Shown: positions 16,928 to 27,022, counted from the stretch's first letter. The stretch: 64,000 nucleotides of DNA from Candidatus Kaiserbacteria bacterium (GCA_028286585.1 JAQBRI010000008.1:18514-82513); one strand, 5' to 3'. Program-made: numbers and translations. Notes: generated by a model from the sequence alone, not told the origin.

Positions 16928-18001
16928 ATGTTGTGGTTTCAAAAAATGAGGCGCCGGATCATGAGTATGCTTTCCAATGATTTGGGAATTGATCTTGGTA
17001 CTGCAAATACGCTCGTGTATGTAAAAGGTAAAGGCATTGTCATCAATGAGCCATCAATCGTCGCACTGAACCAAAAAACGGGATCTTTTGTAGCTGTGGG
17101 AGCGCAGGCAAAGGATATGCTTGGCCGCACACCGGCACACATTATTGCAGTACGTCCTATTGTTGACGGAGTTATATCAGACTTTGAGGTAACGGCAGAA
17201 ATGCTTGCGTACCTTATTAACAAGGCGCAAAAAACATCACCAAAAATGTTTGGTCCTCGTGTTGTGGTTGGTGTTCCGTCTGGAATTACCTCTGTCGAAG
17301 CTCGTGCAGTGCGCGACGCAGCACGCGCAGCAGGCGCTCTCGAAGTCCACATTGTCGAAGAGCCAATGGCAGCTGCTATTGGTATCGAGTTGCCGATCCA
17401 TGATCCTTCTGGAAGTATGGTCATTGATATCGGTGGCGGTACAACTGATGTGGGTATCACGGCTTTGGGCGGTTTGGTTCGGGCACGAAATATTCGGATT
17501 GCAGGAGACAGATTTAATTCCGATATCGTGAGCCATGTGCGCAATGAATTCAAACTTCTTATTGGAGACAAAACCGCTGAAGAAACCAAGATTGCGACGG
17601 CATCTGTTATTGCTTCCAAGCTGCCAATCGAATGGAAAGTGCGCGGACGCGACTTGGTCACAGGATTGCCGCGCGAAATTATTATCACTGATCAAGATGT
17701 TCGAAACGCAATCGCGCATTCTATGGAAGAGCTTGTAGAACAAATCAGAGAAGTGCTCGAATCGGCGCCTCCTGAGATTGTTTCTGATGTGCTGCAGCGG
17801 GGAGTGTTGCTGGCCGGAGGCGGAGCACTTATTCGCGGCATGCCGGAATTTTTGTCGGATGCTTTGGGGGGACTCGAGGTACGCGTTGCTTCGGAACCTC
17901 TTACAGCTGTTGTGCGCGGTACCGCCGCTATTTTGGATGATTTGGAATTGTACGAGGATTCGTTGTTGCATGCCGACGACGAACTGGTGCCGACTGAGTA
18001 A
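16928..18001 (+). CDS. mreB: rod shape-determining protein MreB (paralog 2, first gene of mreBCD-mrdA)
   Basis: Motifs GIDLGTANTLVYV, DIGGGTTDVGI and VLLAGGGALIRGM. Confidence 0.9.
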   Translation: MLWFQKMRRRIMSMLSNDLGIDLGTANTLVYVKGKGIVINEPSIVALNQKTGSFVAVGAQAKDMLGRTPAHIIAVRPIVDGVISDFEVTAEMLAYLINKAQKTSPKMFGPRVVVGVPSGITSVEARAVRDAARAAGALEVHIVEEPMAAAIGIELPIHDPSGSMVIDIGGGTTDVGITALGGLVRARNIRIAGDRFNSDIVSHVRNEFKLLIGDKTAEETKIATASVIASKLPIEWKVRGRDLVTGLPREIIITDQDVRNAIAHSMEELVEQIREVLESAPPEIVSDVLQRGVLLAGGGALIRGMPEFLSDALGGLEVRVASEPLTAVVRGTAAILDDLELYEDSLLHADDELVPTE

Positions 18002-18003
18002 TC

Positions 18004-18795
18004 ATGAAAACACTGCATACATTTACTTCTCGACCGCAGCATTCTGGTAGTCGGGCACTGGCCATTGCTACAGTAATTGTATGCTTCCTAATAGTATGCA
18101 ATTACATAACCCACGACTTGTTGCGCTCTGAGGTGCGACAATTGCTGCTGCCGATTTCTTCTCGCGCCTCAGCTTTCACATACACGATATTTCAAGGAGA
18201 TATGTGGAGTTCGAGAGCTACGCTCCAGGCAGAAAACATCCAATTGCGGGCTCAGCTTGCGACACTGCAGGCGCACGATATTCTTTTTGAATCGTTGGTA
18301 CAAGAAAATCAACAGTATGCGCAGGCGCTGCATATTGCGAGCTCAAGCATACGGGTTGGCGCGCATATCATTTCAAGCCCATCATCATCACCATACGGCT
18401 CTATTAATATTGATACAGGTGCTTCACAAGGAGTCGAGGTAGGGGATATTGTACTTACGCCAGACTCGTTTGTTGTTGGAACAGTTTCCGAAGTAACACC
18501 CTATGCGGCAATGGTTGATTTGGCACTTGCGCCGCGTCGGATTGTCTCGGCAGTAGTTAATGGCATTCCTCTCACACTTACCGGCCGCGGCGGAAGCAAT
18601 GGTTCGGGAATTATTCCTCGCGGCTCGGTTGTTCACACGGGAGATATTGTTACGGTACCTGAATTTGGCGGACGCGCCGTAGGCGTTGTAAATTCGGTGC
18701 GCGCAGATTCGGCGAGCGCCGATAGTCTTATCTATGTCGCCGCGCCATTTAATATTTCGGCGACTATGGTTGTGGTCGTTGTACACCGCTTATAA
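18004..18795 (+). CDS. mreC: rod shape-determining protein MreC
   Basis: N-terminal TM, coiled coil (LQAENIQLRAQLATLQAHD), then a beta-rich C-terminal region. Sits immediately after mreB. Confidence 0.8.
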   Translation: MKTLHTFTSRPQHSGSRALAIATVIVCFLIVCNYITHDLLRSEVRQLLLPISSRASAFTYTIFQGDMWSSRATLQAENIQLRAQLATLQAHDILFESLVQENQQYAQALHIASSSIRVGAHIISSPSSSPYGSINIDTGASQGVEVGDIVLTPDSFVVGTVSEVTPYAAMVDLALAPRRIVSAVVNGIPLTLTGRGGSNGSGIIPRGSVVHTGDIVTVPEFGGRAVGVVNSVRADSASADSLIYVAAPFNISATMVVVVVHRL

Positions 18796-18802
18796 ATTTT
18801 CT

Positions 18803-19099
18803 ATGAATCCTTTTTCTGATAACCGGGCACAGCTGTATCAAAATGGATATACGCCCTGGCTGCGGATAGCTGTACTATTTTTTGGACTTATTTTTATTAC
18901 CGTGCTTCCGTGGTGGATCAATATGATTTGGATGACACTCTTGATCATGCGCTGCCGCGCCTGGGAAGTACTTGTTTTTGCTTTTGCGATGGATGCATTG
19001 TATCTCGTCCCGTCACCGCACATTCTTATTCCGTGGTGCACCATTGTTGCTCTGCTTTTACTGTGTTCATTTGAACCGCTCAGGAATTATTTTTTGTAA
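18803..19099 (+). CDS. mreD: MreD-like small polytopic membrane protein
   Basis: Three TM segments with Trp-rich loops. Position between mreC and PBP2. Start taken at MNPFSD, after the mreC stop. Confidence 0.45.
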   Translation: MNPFSDNRAQLYQNGYTPWLRIAVLFFGLIFITVLPWWINMIWMTLLIMRCRAWEVLVFAFAMDALYLVPSPHILIPWCTIVALLLLCSFEPLRNYFL

Positions 19100-19135
19100 T
19101 ATTTTCCATTGGGAGTGCGAATTTGATATAGTGTC

Positions 19136-20875
19136 ATGATGAAGCGATATAGTGCAGTCCATGAACTACAACCCGAGGATATTCTTCTCGACTCATCAAA
19201 CTTACCATTTCGCGATACTACGCATTTTGAAGGAAGGGTTGCAGGCCCTGTCTCACGGCGAGCGCTTGGAGGAGTTGGTATTGTTTTTTTGTTGATTCTC
19301 ATCGCTTTTGGGAGTCGCGCATACTATTTGCAAGTCATGGAGGGCAACGCATACAGCGTGCTCTCGATTAATAATACGCTTCACAAATCGGTTGTATTTG
19401 CGCTTAGAGGCACCATAACAGACCGTACGGGCCGCGAACTTGCGTGGAATACCTGGGAGTTGTCCTCGAGTACCGAAAGCACCTCAACGCCCTCGGCGAT
19501 TGCGACAACTTCAATGTTTGCTCTTCGGCAATACACCTCATTACCAGGACTCGCGCACGTCTTGGGTTATTTGCGATATCCTCAAAAGGACAACTCTGGT
19601 AAATGGTGGCAGCCAAACTACATTGGTATTGCCGGCGTCGAAAATTCGCTGGACTCGCTTTTGCAGGGTACAAACGGGAGCAGTATTTCTGAGACCGATG
19701 CTCATGGTCACTCGATACGAAACAATATCATTCAGCCGCCGATTGACGGACAGAACATAACCCTTTCGATCGACGCCTCGATTCAAAGCAAACTCAATCA
19801 AGTACTCGAGGCGCATGCTTCACAAAACGGCTTTCAGGGCGGTGCTGCTGTCATTATGGATGTGCGAACGGGACAGATTATCGCTCTTACCAGTTTTCCG
19901 GAATATGATAATCAGGCATACGTTGATGGCAATAATGCGGTAATTGCAGAGACATCCAAGAATGTCCACTTTCCACTGCTTGACCGCGCAATCGCGGGTT
20001 TGTATGCGCCCGGTTCAATCGTAAAACCGATATTTGCCGCAGCAGCACTTAAGGAAAATATAATTAGTCCTGACAAGCAAATTGATTCGATTGGCGCGAT
20101 TACCTTGCCCAATCCCTACAGCCCGGCAAATCCGAGTATATTCAGAGACTGGGCGGTACACGGGTGGATTGATATGCGCACAGCACTTGCCGTGTCGTCA
20201 GACGAATATTTTTATACTATTGGAGGCGGATATGGTGGTCAGCAAGGGTTGGGAATTGCCCGTATCGACAAATATGCGGCATTGTTTGGTCTTGCATCCA
20301 AAACCGGTATTAACCTCCCTAACGAACAGGTAGGAGTCATTCCGTCGCCCGACTGGAAGGCTGTCTCGTTTGCCGGAAACGAACCATGGCGTATTGGAGA
20401 CACCTACCACACGGCTATTGGTCAGTATGGTTTTCAAATTACTCCGGTTCAGGCGGTGCGATTTATTGCAGCAATTGCAAACGGGGGCAACCTTCTTACA
20501 CCTCAAATACTTGCAAGTTCAACTCCTGTGTCAGTTTCGCTTGGTATTCCCGATAGCATGCTTCAGATTGTGCGCGAAGGAATGCATATGGCGGTAACAT
20601 CGACCCGACCCGATGCAACGGTCAAAGTCCTAAACATTCCTGGATTTTCACTTGCTGCAAAAACAGGCACCGCCCAAATTGGGGCACACAATGAATGGAT
20701 GAACTCATGGTCGGTGGGCTTTTGGCCGGTGGATCATCCGCGCTACGCATACGCCGTCGTGTTGGAAAGAGCGCCTGCCCACACTGCCTCTGGTGCCGCT
20801 CCTGGCATGTACCCCTTCTTTCAGTGGCTTATAGCGACCCACCCGGAATATATCGGTGACGCAACAAATAATTAG
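19136..20875 (+). CDS. mrdA: penicillin-binding protein 2 (elongasome transpeptidase)
   Basis: Transpeptidase motifs GSIVKP (SxxK), SSDEYF (SxN) and KTGTAQ (KTG). N-terminal TM anchor. Confidence 0.85.
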   Translation: MMKRYSAVHELQPEDILLDSSNLPFRDTTHFEGRVAGPVSRRALGGVGIVFLLILIAFGSRAYYLQVMEGNAYSVLSINNTLHKSVVFALRGTITDRTGRELAWNTWELSSSTESTSTPSAIATTSMFALRQYTSLPGLAHVLGYLRYPQKDNSGKWWQPNYIGIAGVENSLDSLLQGTNGSSISETDAHGHSIRNNIIQPPIDGQNITLSIDASIQSKLNQVLEAHASQNGFQGGAAVIMDVRTGQIIALTSFPEYDNQAYVDGNNAVIAETSKNVHFPLLDRAIAGLYAPGSIVKPIFAAAALKENIISPDKQIDSIGAITLPNPYSPANPSIFRDWAVHGWIDMRTALAVSSDEYFYTIGGGYGGQQGLGIARIDKYAALFGLASKTGINLPNEQVGVIPSPDWKAVSFAGNEPWRIGDTYHTAIGQYGFQITPVQAVRFIAAIANGGNLLTPQILASSTPVSVSLGIPDSMLQIVREGMHMAVTSTRPDATVKVLNIPGFSLAAKTGTAQIGAHNEWMNSWSVGFWPVDHPRYAYAVVLERAPAHTASGAAPGMYPFFQWLIATHPEYIGDATNN

Positions 20876-20904
20876 CTGGTGCAACTCTCACCGCTCTAGT
20901 ATCA

Positions 20905-21696
20905 TTGTCCTCGATGCAGCTGCTAATTCACATACTTTCGTCTCTTATCGCAGTTATTGGGCTCGTGCCTCAACAGGCGCAAGCCGTGACAGCTATCACT
21001 ACTACTCAAGCGACAAGTTCGTATTATGTGACTGATGCCGGAATAAAGGGGCTGGAAGATGCGCCCATCGTTTCTCTTGATGATGCCACTTCTACAATGT
21101 CGATTGCCAATGGGACAAAGATGGTTGCGCTCACCTTTGATGATGGTCCGCGTGCTTCGTCTACAGAAAAGGTGCTGCATATACTCAATGCCGAGCACGT
21201 ACCCGGAACATTCTTTTTGATTGGAGAGAATGTTGCGCAAAATCCTGCACTAACAAGAGAGATTGTTACAGACGGTAATGTCATCGGCATACATACCTAT
21301 AATCATCCAAAAAATCTTCCTTGGATGGATCCAGCAGAACGAGATTGGGAGCTTTCTGCCACACAGGCCGTAATAGCTTCGACCACAGGAGTTCATACAT
21401 CGCTCTTTCGGCCACCCTACGGAATCATGACCCCGCAGCTCAAAAGCATACTGGAGGGCCAGGGATATACCGTGTATATGTGGAATGTTGATCCGCGTGA
21501 CTGGGATTATAGGCGCTCAACAAGCGATAGCATCATACAAAATGTTCTCTCGCATCTTAAAAATCACATGGTAATTCTCTTTCATGATGGCCGAGATAGT
21601 ACAGGAATACATAACAATCTCGAAGGAGCATTGCCCACAGTGATTGCTGAATTAAAGGCGAGGGGATACACCTTTGTCACTGTCGACAAGATATAA
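20905..21696 (+). CDS. secreted polysaccharide deacetylase (NodB homology domain)
   Basis: Signal peptide. Motifs MVALTFDDGP and IGIHTYNHP (NodB motifs 1 and 2). Confidence 0.8.
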   Translation: MSSMQLLIHILSSLIAVIGLVPQQAQAVTAITTTQATSSYYVTDAGIKGLEDAPIVSLDDATSTMSIANGTKMVALTFDDGPRASSTEKVLHILNAEHVPGTFFLIGENVAQNPALTREIVTDGNVIGIHTYNHPKNLPWMDPAERDWELSATQAVIASTTGVHTSLFRPPYGIMTPQLKSILEGQGYTVYMWNVDPRDWDYRRSTSDSIIQNVLSHLKNHMVILFHDGRDSTGIHNNLEGALPTVIAELKARGYTFVTVDKI

Positions 21697-21714
21697 ATAA
21701 AAGGAGCGTTCTCA

Positions 21715-21856
21715 GCATAGTGTTTGCAAAACACGCATATTTGCTTGCTAGCAAATTGCTCCTCTCGCGCCGTCGGCTATGCACTTCCTTTTTTAATAGA
21801 CTGAATACAGTCTTTAAAAAATGGTCGCGCTGCGAGGGGTTTTGCAAACACTATGC
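21715..21856. repeat. 18-bp perfect inverted repeat spaced 106 bp apart, with nested palindromes, in a convergent intergenic region
   Basis: gcatagtgtttgcaaaac at 21715-21732 matches its reverse complement gttttgcaaacactatgc at 21839-21856. Inner palindromes are ttgctagcaa (21744-21753) and gactgaatacagtc (~21799-21812). Confidence 0.6.
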
Positions 21857-21879
21857 TTCAAAACGCTAATGGTGCGTAT

Positions 21880-22293
21880 TTATTTTTTTAGAAGAGGAAC
21901 AGCAAATCCGCACATGATAAATGTGCAGAGTGCAGACAATGCGCAATATTGGCAAAGTGCATGAATGACAAAATATTGTAACGATTCAAATCCAATCGAC
22001 ATGATCGCGCCAGCGATGGAAAGTACAACTAATCCCATTACGAGTCTTTTTGAAACGATAGGCGTGGTGAGTATATATAATCCCAAAAATCCAACGAGCA
22101 AATAATACACTACTCCAAAAGCGCCCAATGGAATCGGGCCGACCATAGAATACTTGCTATGAAGAACGGTCTCGCATCCGTGTAGTATCGAGCAGGGAAG
22201 CGGAAGCGAGATATAGTGATCAAGCGTTAGATAGAACGAATCAGCAAATCCAACGAGTGAGGCAAGTATGATAACGATCAAACTTCTTTGCAT
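21880..22293 (-). CDS. VKOR-like (vitamin K epoxide reductase family) membrane protein, DsbB functional analog
   Basis: 137 aa, 4 TM. Loop Cys pair (LPCSILHGCE) and a CxxC in the last TM (CQYCALSALC). Adjacent to a DsbA-like gene. Confidence 0.55.
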   Translation of the reverse strand: MQRSLIVIILASLVGFADSFYLTLDHYISLPLPCSILHGCETVLHSKYSMVGPIPLGAFGVVYYLLVGFLGLYILTTPIVSKRLVMGLVVLSIAGAIMSIGFESLQYFVIHALCQYCALSALCTFIMCGFAVPLLKK

Positions 22294-22295
22294 GG

Positions 22296-22985
22296 TTATT
22301 GTTTTGGCGCGCTAGTCGCTGCGGCAAGCGCTGCATCAATGAGCTTACTAAATGCGTCGGCGGAAGCTGGATTGTCTATTTCGACTCCATTGATAAAGAA
22401 TGTAGGAGTGTGATCAATGTTGATCGATTCACCTTGGCTGAGCTGTGATTGAACATTTGCGACAATCGATTGTGAGACAACATCGGTATTAAATTTTGCG
22501 ACATCAAGTCCGATTGATTGCGCATACGTATCAAACTTATCTTTAACTACCGTATCAGTAGAAACGGTACTCCAGGCATCTTGATTGCTATAAAGTGCGT
22601 CATGCATTGCCCAGAACTTTCCTTGTAATGATGCTGCTTCTGAGGCCTGTGCACTGATTATTGCGTTTGGGTGGATTTGGTAGAGCGGAAACTGGCGAAA
22701 TACAAAAGCTACACGATCGCCGTACGTTTGAGTAAGTTTTTGCATAATAGGTTCATACGCTCCGCATGCAGGACATTCAAAATCGCCATATTCAATAACG
22801 CTCACACTTGAGCTCGCGTTGCCACGCACGTGATCACTACTCGATACAGGAGTCGTCTGAATGGAGGTTTTTCCAGTAATCGGTTTTGCAGAACCTGACA
22901 TTGCCGCCAGCACTACTGTGATACCAATAATTAATACGATAAATGCAGCACCAATAAAAAGTTGAGTTCGTTGTTTTGTTTCCAT
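22296..22985 (-). CDS. DsbA-like thiol:disulfide oxidoreductase (membrane-anchored thioredoxin fold)
   Basis: FECPACGAY (CxxC) within a thioredoxin fold, N-terminal TM. Start taken at METKQ (22985); the track's start is 23057. Confidence 0.7.
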   Translation of the reverse strand: METKQRTQLFIGAAFIVLIIGITVVLAAMSGSAKPITGKTSIQTTPVSSSDHVRGNASSSVSVIEYGDFECPACGAYEPIMQKLTQTYGDRVAFVFRQFPLYQIHPNAIISAQASEAASLQGKFWAMHDALYSNQDAWSTVSTDTVVKDKFDTYAQSIGLDVAKFNTDVVSQSIVANVQSQLSQGESINIDHTPTFFINGVEIDNPASADAFSKLIDAALAAATSAPKQ

Positions 22986-23059
22986 AGCCTGATTATACGT
23001 GACTTTATGCTCTGCCTCAACCGATAAGGTTTTGCCCTCTCGCGATGAGAGAGACACGA

Positions 23060-24001
23060 TTATTTGTTTTTCTGCAAAAAGATATACAAATCCTCAAGCG
23101 CCTTTACAGCATCGCCCGAAGAAATATTGTTTTGGTGATAGATTCCGTCGGTACAATCACCAGCTGCCCACACACGGCACATTGCAGTACTTGTTGAGTA
23201 CGATGCACGCTGTGTACGTGGATCGACAACTACATGCTTGGTCGCGTCGAGCGTAAGTGTTCCCATAAGCCAATCGGTATTTGGAAGGAGTCCAACTTCG
23301 ACAAACACTCCTGTTACAGCTAGTGTCACTTCTTTTTGTGAGGTGTCAGTATATACAAAAGCGTTTACAAATTTTTCGCCTTCGACACGCGCTGGTGTTG
23401 CGTTTGTAACGAGTGTTATCTTTGGATTTTTTTGCGCAGCAGCAATAGTTACCTCGTCTGCTCTAAATGAATCCGACCGGTTAAGGAGTGTCACCGATTT
23501 ACAGTATGCAGCAAGCTGCAAAGCAGTTTCAAATGCGGCGTTTCCGCCACCTACAACAACGACATCCTGATCCGAAAAAAGCGGACCGTCGCAGCTCGCA
23601 CAATAGGTAAGACCCTTGTGTTCAAATTCGGCAGCACCCTTAATATTGAGTGTACGACGCACCGCTCCAGACGCCACAAAAAGTGATTTTGCTTCGAGTA
23701 CTTCACCGTTTGAAAGTGAGACGATGACATGATCTTCTTTGATCTCGAGTTTCTGGGCAAGAGCAGGATTTATAACCCGAACATGTTCTCCGGCATACTC
23801 GAGCACGTGACTCTTTAGGTTTTTTGCCAAATCAGCACCGCTGATATGAGGACTACCGATCCAGTTTTGAATATCTTCGGATACGGTACTTTGACCGCCC
23901 CATTCACTTGTTACAAATGTAGTTTTGAGTAGTTTGCGTGCCGCATATACAGCGGCTGTTGCGCCGGCCGGTCCACCGCCAACGATTATTAGATCCTGCA
24001 T
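23060..24001 (-). CDS. trxB: thioredoxin-disulfide reductase
   Basis: FAD motif IIVGGGPAGATAA, redox-active CASCDG, NAD(P) motif VVVGGGNAA. Start taken at MQDLIIVGG. Confidence 0.85.
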   Translation of the reverse strand: MQDLIIVGGGPAGATAAVYAARKLLKTTFVTSEWGGQSTVSEDIQNWIGSPHISGADLAKNLKSHVLEYAGEHVRVINPALAQKLEIKEDHVIVSLSNGEVLEAKSLFVASGAVRRTLNIKGAAEFEHKGLTYCASCDGPLFSDQDVVVVGGGNAAFETALQLAAYCKSVTLLNRSDSFRADEVTIAAAQKNPKITLVTNATPARVEGEKFVNAFVYTDTSQKEVTLAVTGVFVEVGLLPNTDWLMGTLTLDATKHVVVDPRTQRASYSTSTAMCRVWAAGDCTDGIYHQNNISSGDAVKALEDLYIFLQKNK

Positions 24002-24003
24002 AT

Positions 24004-25299
24004 TTAGCGACGTCGCAAGAAAGATGGAAGTCCTCCCCAAGTATCGTCATCAATAGATGGAGCTGGTGCAGGGGTTTCAGGTTTTTTTGATTCACGGCGC
24101 TCTTCCGGTGCCTCTGAACGATTTGATTGAATACTACGAATACCTTCGCGTGGCTTTTCAGGTGCTGCAGGAGCTGCTGCTTGTCGCGCTTCGCGCTCTA
24201 CAATTCGAGCTGGCGGAACATCCTGTTCCTTTTTCTCGACTGCCTTTTGTGCGGTAGAAAAGATAGACGCTGCTACGGATTGAGCTGGCGCTTGCGTAGG
24301 ATTTTGTGATGCTGGGAAAAATGTTTGTGTAGGAATTGCGTTTAATGGAAATCCGGTTGCAATAACAGTGACTCGTACCTGACCCTTTTTGAGAGATGTA
24401 TCGGTAACGGTTCCAAAAATAACCTTAGCATCAGGGTCGATTGCCTCAGTAATAACGTTTGCAGCATCTTGTACTTCGAGCATGCCAAGATCATCACCAC
24501 CGGCGATAGAGAAGAGAACACCCTTTGCGCCGTTGATTGATACGTCGAGCAGTGGGGAATTGATAGCTGCACGAGCCGCTTCTTCTGCACGCTTTTCACC
24601 CATAGCAATACCAATACCCATAAGCGCTGAACCCGCGTTTGCCATGATTGCACGCACATCGGCAAAGTCGACGTTGATAATTCCTGTTGTAGTGATCAAA
24701 TCAGAAATACCTTCGACTGCTTGTTTAAGAACATCGTCACAAAGTGCAAATGCACTCTTGATACCTGTCTCACGAGAGACGATACCGAGCAATTTGTCGT
24801 TTGGAATAATGATGAGGGCATCAACTGATTTTCGCAGTTCGGCAAGACCTTGTTCTGCAAGGCGTGCTCGCTGTGCTCCTTCAAAAGAAAATGGTCGAGT
24901 GACGACAGCTACGGTGAGAGCACCGAGCTCGCGTGCGAGTTTCGCAACGACTGGTGCTGCACCAGTTCCTGTTCCGCCTCCCATACCGCAGGCAATAAAT
25001 ACCATGTCGGAATTTTTGATCGCTTCCTGAATTTCTTCACGTGTTTCTTCTGCTGCTTGCTTGCCAGCTTCTGGATTCATACCCGTACCAAGCCCTCGTG
25101 TTAGTGTCTTACCAACGTGGATCTTCTTTCGGGCACGTGACTTATGTAAATCTTGCGCATCAGTATTGACTGCAATAAATTCAACTCCTTGTACATTGGA
25201 TGCAACCATGTGGTTGACCACATTGCCTCCAGAACCTCCAACCCCAACAACGCGAATTCGAGCAAATGATTCTACGTCGGATTTAACTTGCTTACTCAT
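24004..25299 (-). CDS. ftsZ: cell division GTPase FtsZ
   Basis: Tubulin signature GGGTGTGAAPVVA, N-terminal VVGVGGSGGN, and a disordered C-terminal tail. Confidence 0.95.
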   Translation of the reverse strand: MSKQVKSDVESFARIRVVGVGGSGGNVVNHMVASNVQGVEFIAVNTDAQDLHKSRARKKIHVGKTLTRGLGTGMNPEAGKQAAEETREEIQEAIKNSDMVFIACGMGGGTGTGAAPVVAKLARELGALTVAVVTRPFSFEGAQRARLAEQGLAELRKSVDALIIIPNDKLLGIVSRETGIKSAFALCDDVLKQAVEGISDLITTTGIINVDFADVRAIMANAGSALMGIGIAMGEKRAEEAARAAINSPLLDVSINGAKGVLFSIAGGDDLGMLEVQDAANVITEAIDPDAKVIFGTVTDTSLKKGQVRVTVIATGFPLNAIPTQTFFPASQNPTQAPAQSVAASIFSTAQKAVEKKEQDVPPARIVEREARQAAAPAAPEKPREGIRSIQSNRSEAPEERRESKKPETPAPAPSIDDDTWGGLPSFLRRR

Positions 25300-25358
25300 A
25301 GTGCCATGATATCAGATTTTTAAGAAAGACAACTTGACAGAACGTATTGATAGTATGC

Positions 25359-26528
25359 CTATGGAAGTAGGGATTTGAAGCCATTTCGGACCATTTCCCA
25401 CGTATTTTTGAGAACTTCCACGAAACTATGGCTTTCTTGAGCAATATCCGAGGCAAAACCCCATCTACACAAACCATAGGCAACAGCCCAAGTAGCGTCG
25501 ACCGCTGTCGATCGAGAAACAAAACCGACCTGCCCAATTTGTGATGGCAGACGCAAAATAGTTCGAGCGATGTCGGACGCGCGGATAAGTCCGCTGCCTC
25601 CTCCTGTAATGACAATTCCTGCAGGCAAGAGTCGCTGACGATTAATATCACGCAAATGTGCGTTCACTAATGTAAACATTTCCTTGAGACGATTTACAAT
25701 AATAGTTTCCATTTTTCCTTGCGGTACATCCGAACCGATTACCCCGCCGCGCTTTACATTTTCTGCTTCATTAAGTGGAATTTGGAATGAGAGTGCAATT
25801 TGATTTGTGACGTCAGCTGCTCCGACCGGAAATGTCTTGAGTGAAATTGGAATGTTGTTTTCAAAAACCATGACCGAAAGCGTTTCTGCTCCAATGTTAG
25901 CAAGTATTACTCCTGCCATTTTTTGAGACTTGGTTAGGGTTACAAGACTCGCCGCAAGAGGGGACGCCATGGTGTCTTCTACCTCAATATTCGAAGCTTC
26001 GACTGCAGAAATAATATCCTCATAATGCTGGGTCAAAACGGTCACCAAAAGCGTGTCCACCGTAAGCTTGGTTCCACGGACCCCTTCGGGGCTGCCAAGC
26101 GTTGTCGTGCCATCCACACGAAATTCGAGAGGAATGGTGTGTAGTATAGTTCTGTTTACCAATTTTGATGAGGCACGCCGTTCGCTCTCGGTTTGAGCTC
26201 GGTCGATGTCACGCGCTGTCACAATGCCGCTGGAAGCGGTAAGAGAAATTTCGCCACTTGATCGAATTTCATCGAGCGAAACACCGCCGATTGCGATACG
26301 GGCTTTACGTATTGGGGTCTTTGCGGCAGCCGATGCGCGTGCTACGGCTTCTCGAATACTGCGTGTCGCCTCAGTTTGGTCGACGATGTATCCGTGTCGC
26401 ATTCCCTTTGATACTGCCGTGCCGGTTCCAAGCACATGCATCGGAATATCAGGTCTCTCTGGAGCTTCTGCGACAATGACTTTAACGTGGTGAGTACCGA
26501 TATCTATTCCGGTGTAGATTGTTCGCAT
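25359..26528 (-). CDS. ftsA: cell division protein FtsA
   Basis: Actin-like ATPase motifs YTGIDIGTHHVKV and VITGGGS. Sits upstream of ftsZ. Start taken at MRTIYTG. Confidence 0.85.
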   Translation of the reverse strand: MRTIYTGIDIGTHHVKVIVAEAPERPDIPMHVLGTGTAVSKGMRHGYIVDQTEATRSIREAVARASAAAKTPIRKARIAIGGVSLDEIRSSGEISLTASSGIVTARDIDRAQTESERRASSKLVNRTILHTIPLEFRVDGTTTLGSPEGVRGTKLTVDTLLVTVLTQHYEDIISAVEASNIEVEDTMASPLAASLVTLTKSQKMAGVILANIGAETLSVMVFENNIPISLKTFPVGAADVTNQIALSFQIPLNEAENVKRGGVIGSDVPQGKMETIIVNRLKEMFTLVNAHLRDINRQRLLPAGIVITGGGSGLIRASDIARTILRLPSQIGQVGFVSRSTAVDATWAVAYGLCRWGFASDIAQESHSFVEVLKNTWEMVRNGFKSLLP

Positions 26529-26578
26529 GACTCTATTGTAGCGGAATATTGCTACAATCAAAGCCCTCGTGGTGGGGA

Positions 26579-27022
26579 TTAAGGTAGCGGATGTTTAATG
26601 CCAAATTTTTGCAGGGCTTTTTTCTCGAGTTTGTCCATGAGCGGCCCATGATCAAGTCCTGTCAGATGGACGCATCCATGTATAAAAAGATACAGTATCC
26701 GCGCCTCTAGTTTAATATTGTATTTTGCAGCCTCGCGCTCGGCAACCCGAAGATTGAGAAAAATTTCACCAGAATCATTTGTAAGCGGAAAGGAAAGTAC
26801 GTTGGGTGAATATGTTTTATGACGATATTGCTTGTTCATTTTTGTGGCAAGCTTATCTGCGCAAATGACGAGCGAGAGTTCGTATTTTTTTGTGAGAATA
26901 CTGTTCGCAATCGTCTCGAACGGTAACGACAAAACACGCTTCGAAAGTGAAGCGTGTTTTGTCGTATTTGTCAGATCAAACATCTTGTCTGAATTATCGA
27001 GCGATTGGAGTAGTTTCGCCAA
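26579..27022 (-). CDS. ybeY: rRNA maturation endoribonuclease YbeY
   Basis: Metal-binding motif HGCVHLTGLDH (H3xH5xH). Confidence 0.8.
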   Translation of the reverse strand: MAKLLQSLDNSDKMFDLTNTTKHASLSKRVLSLPFETIANSILTKKYELSLVICADKLATKMNKQYRHKTYSPNVLSFPLTNDSGEIFLNLRVAEREAAKYNIKLEARILYLFIHGCVHLTGLDHGPLMDKLEKKALQKFGIKHPLP

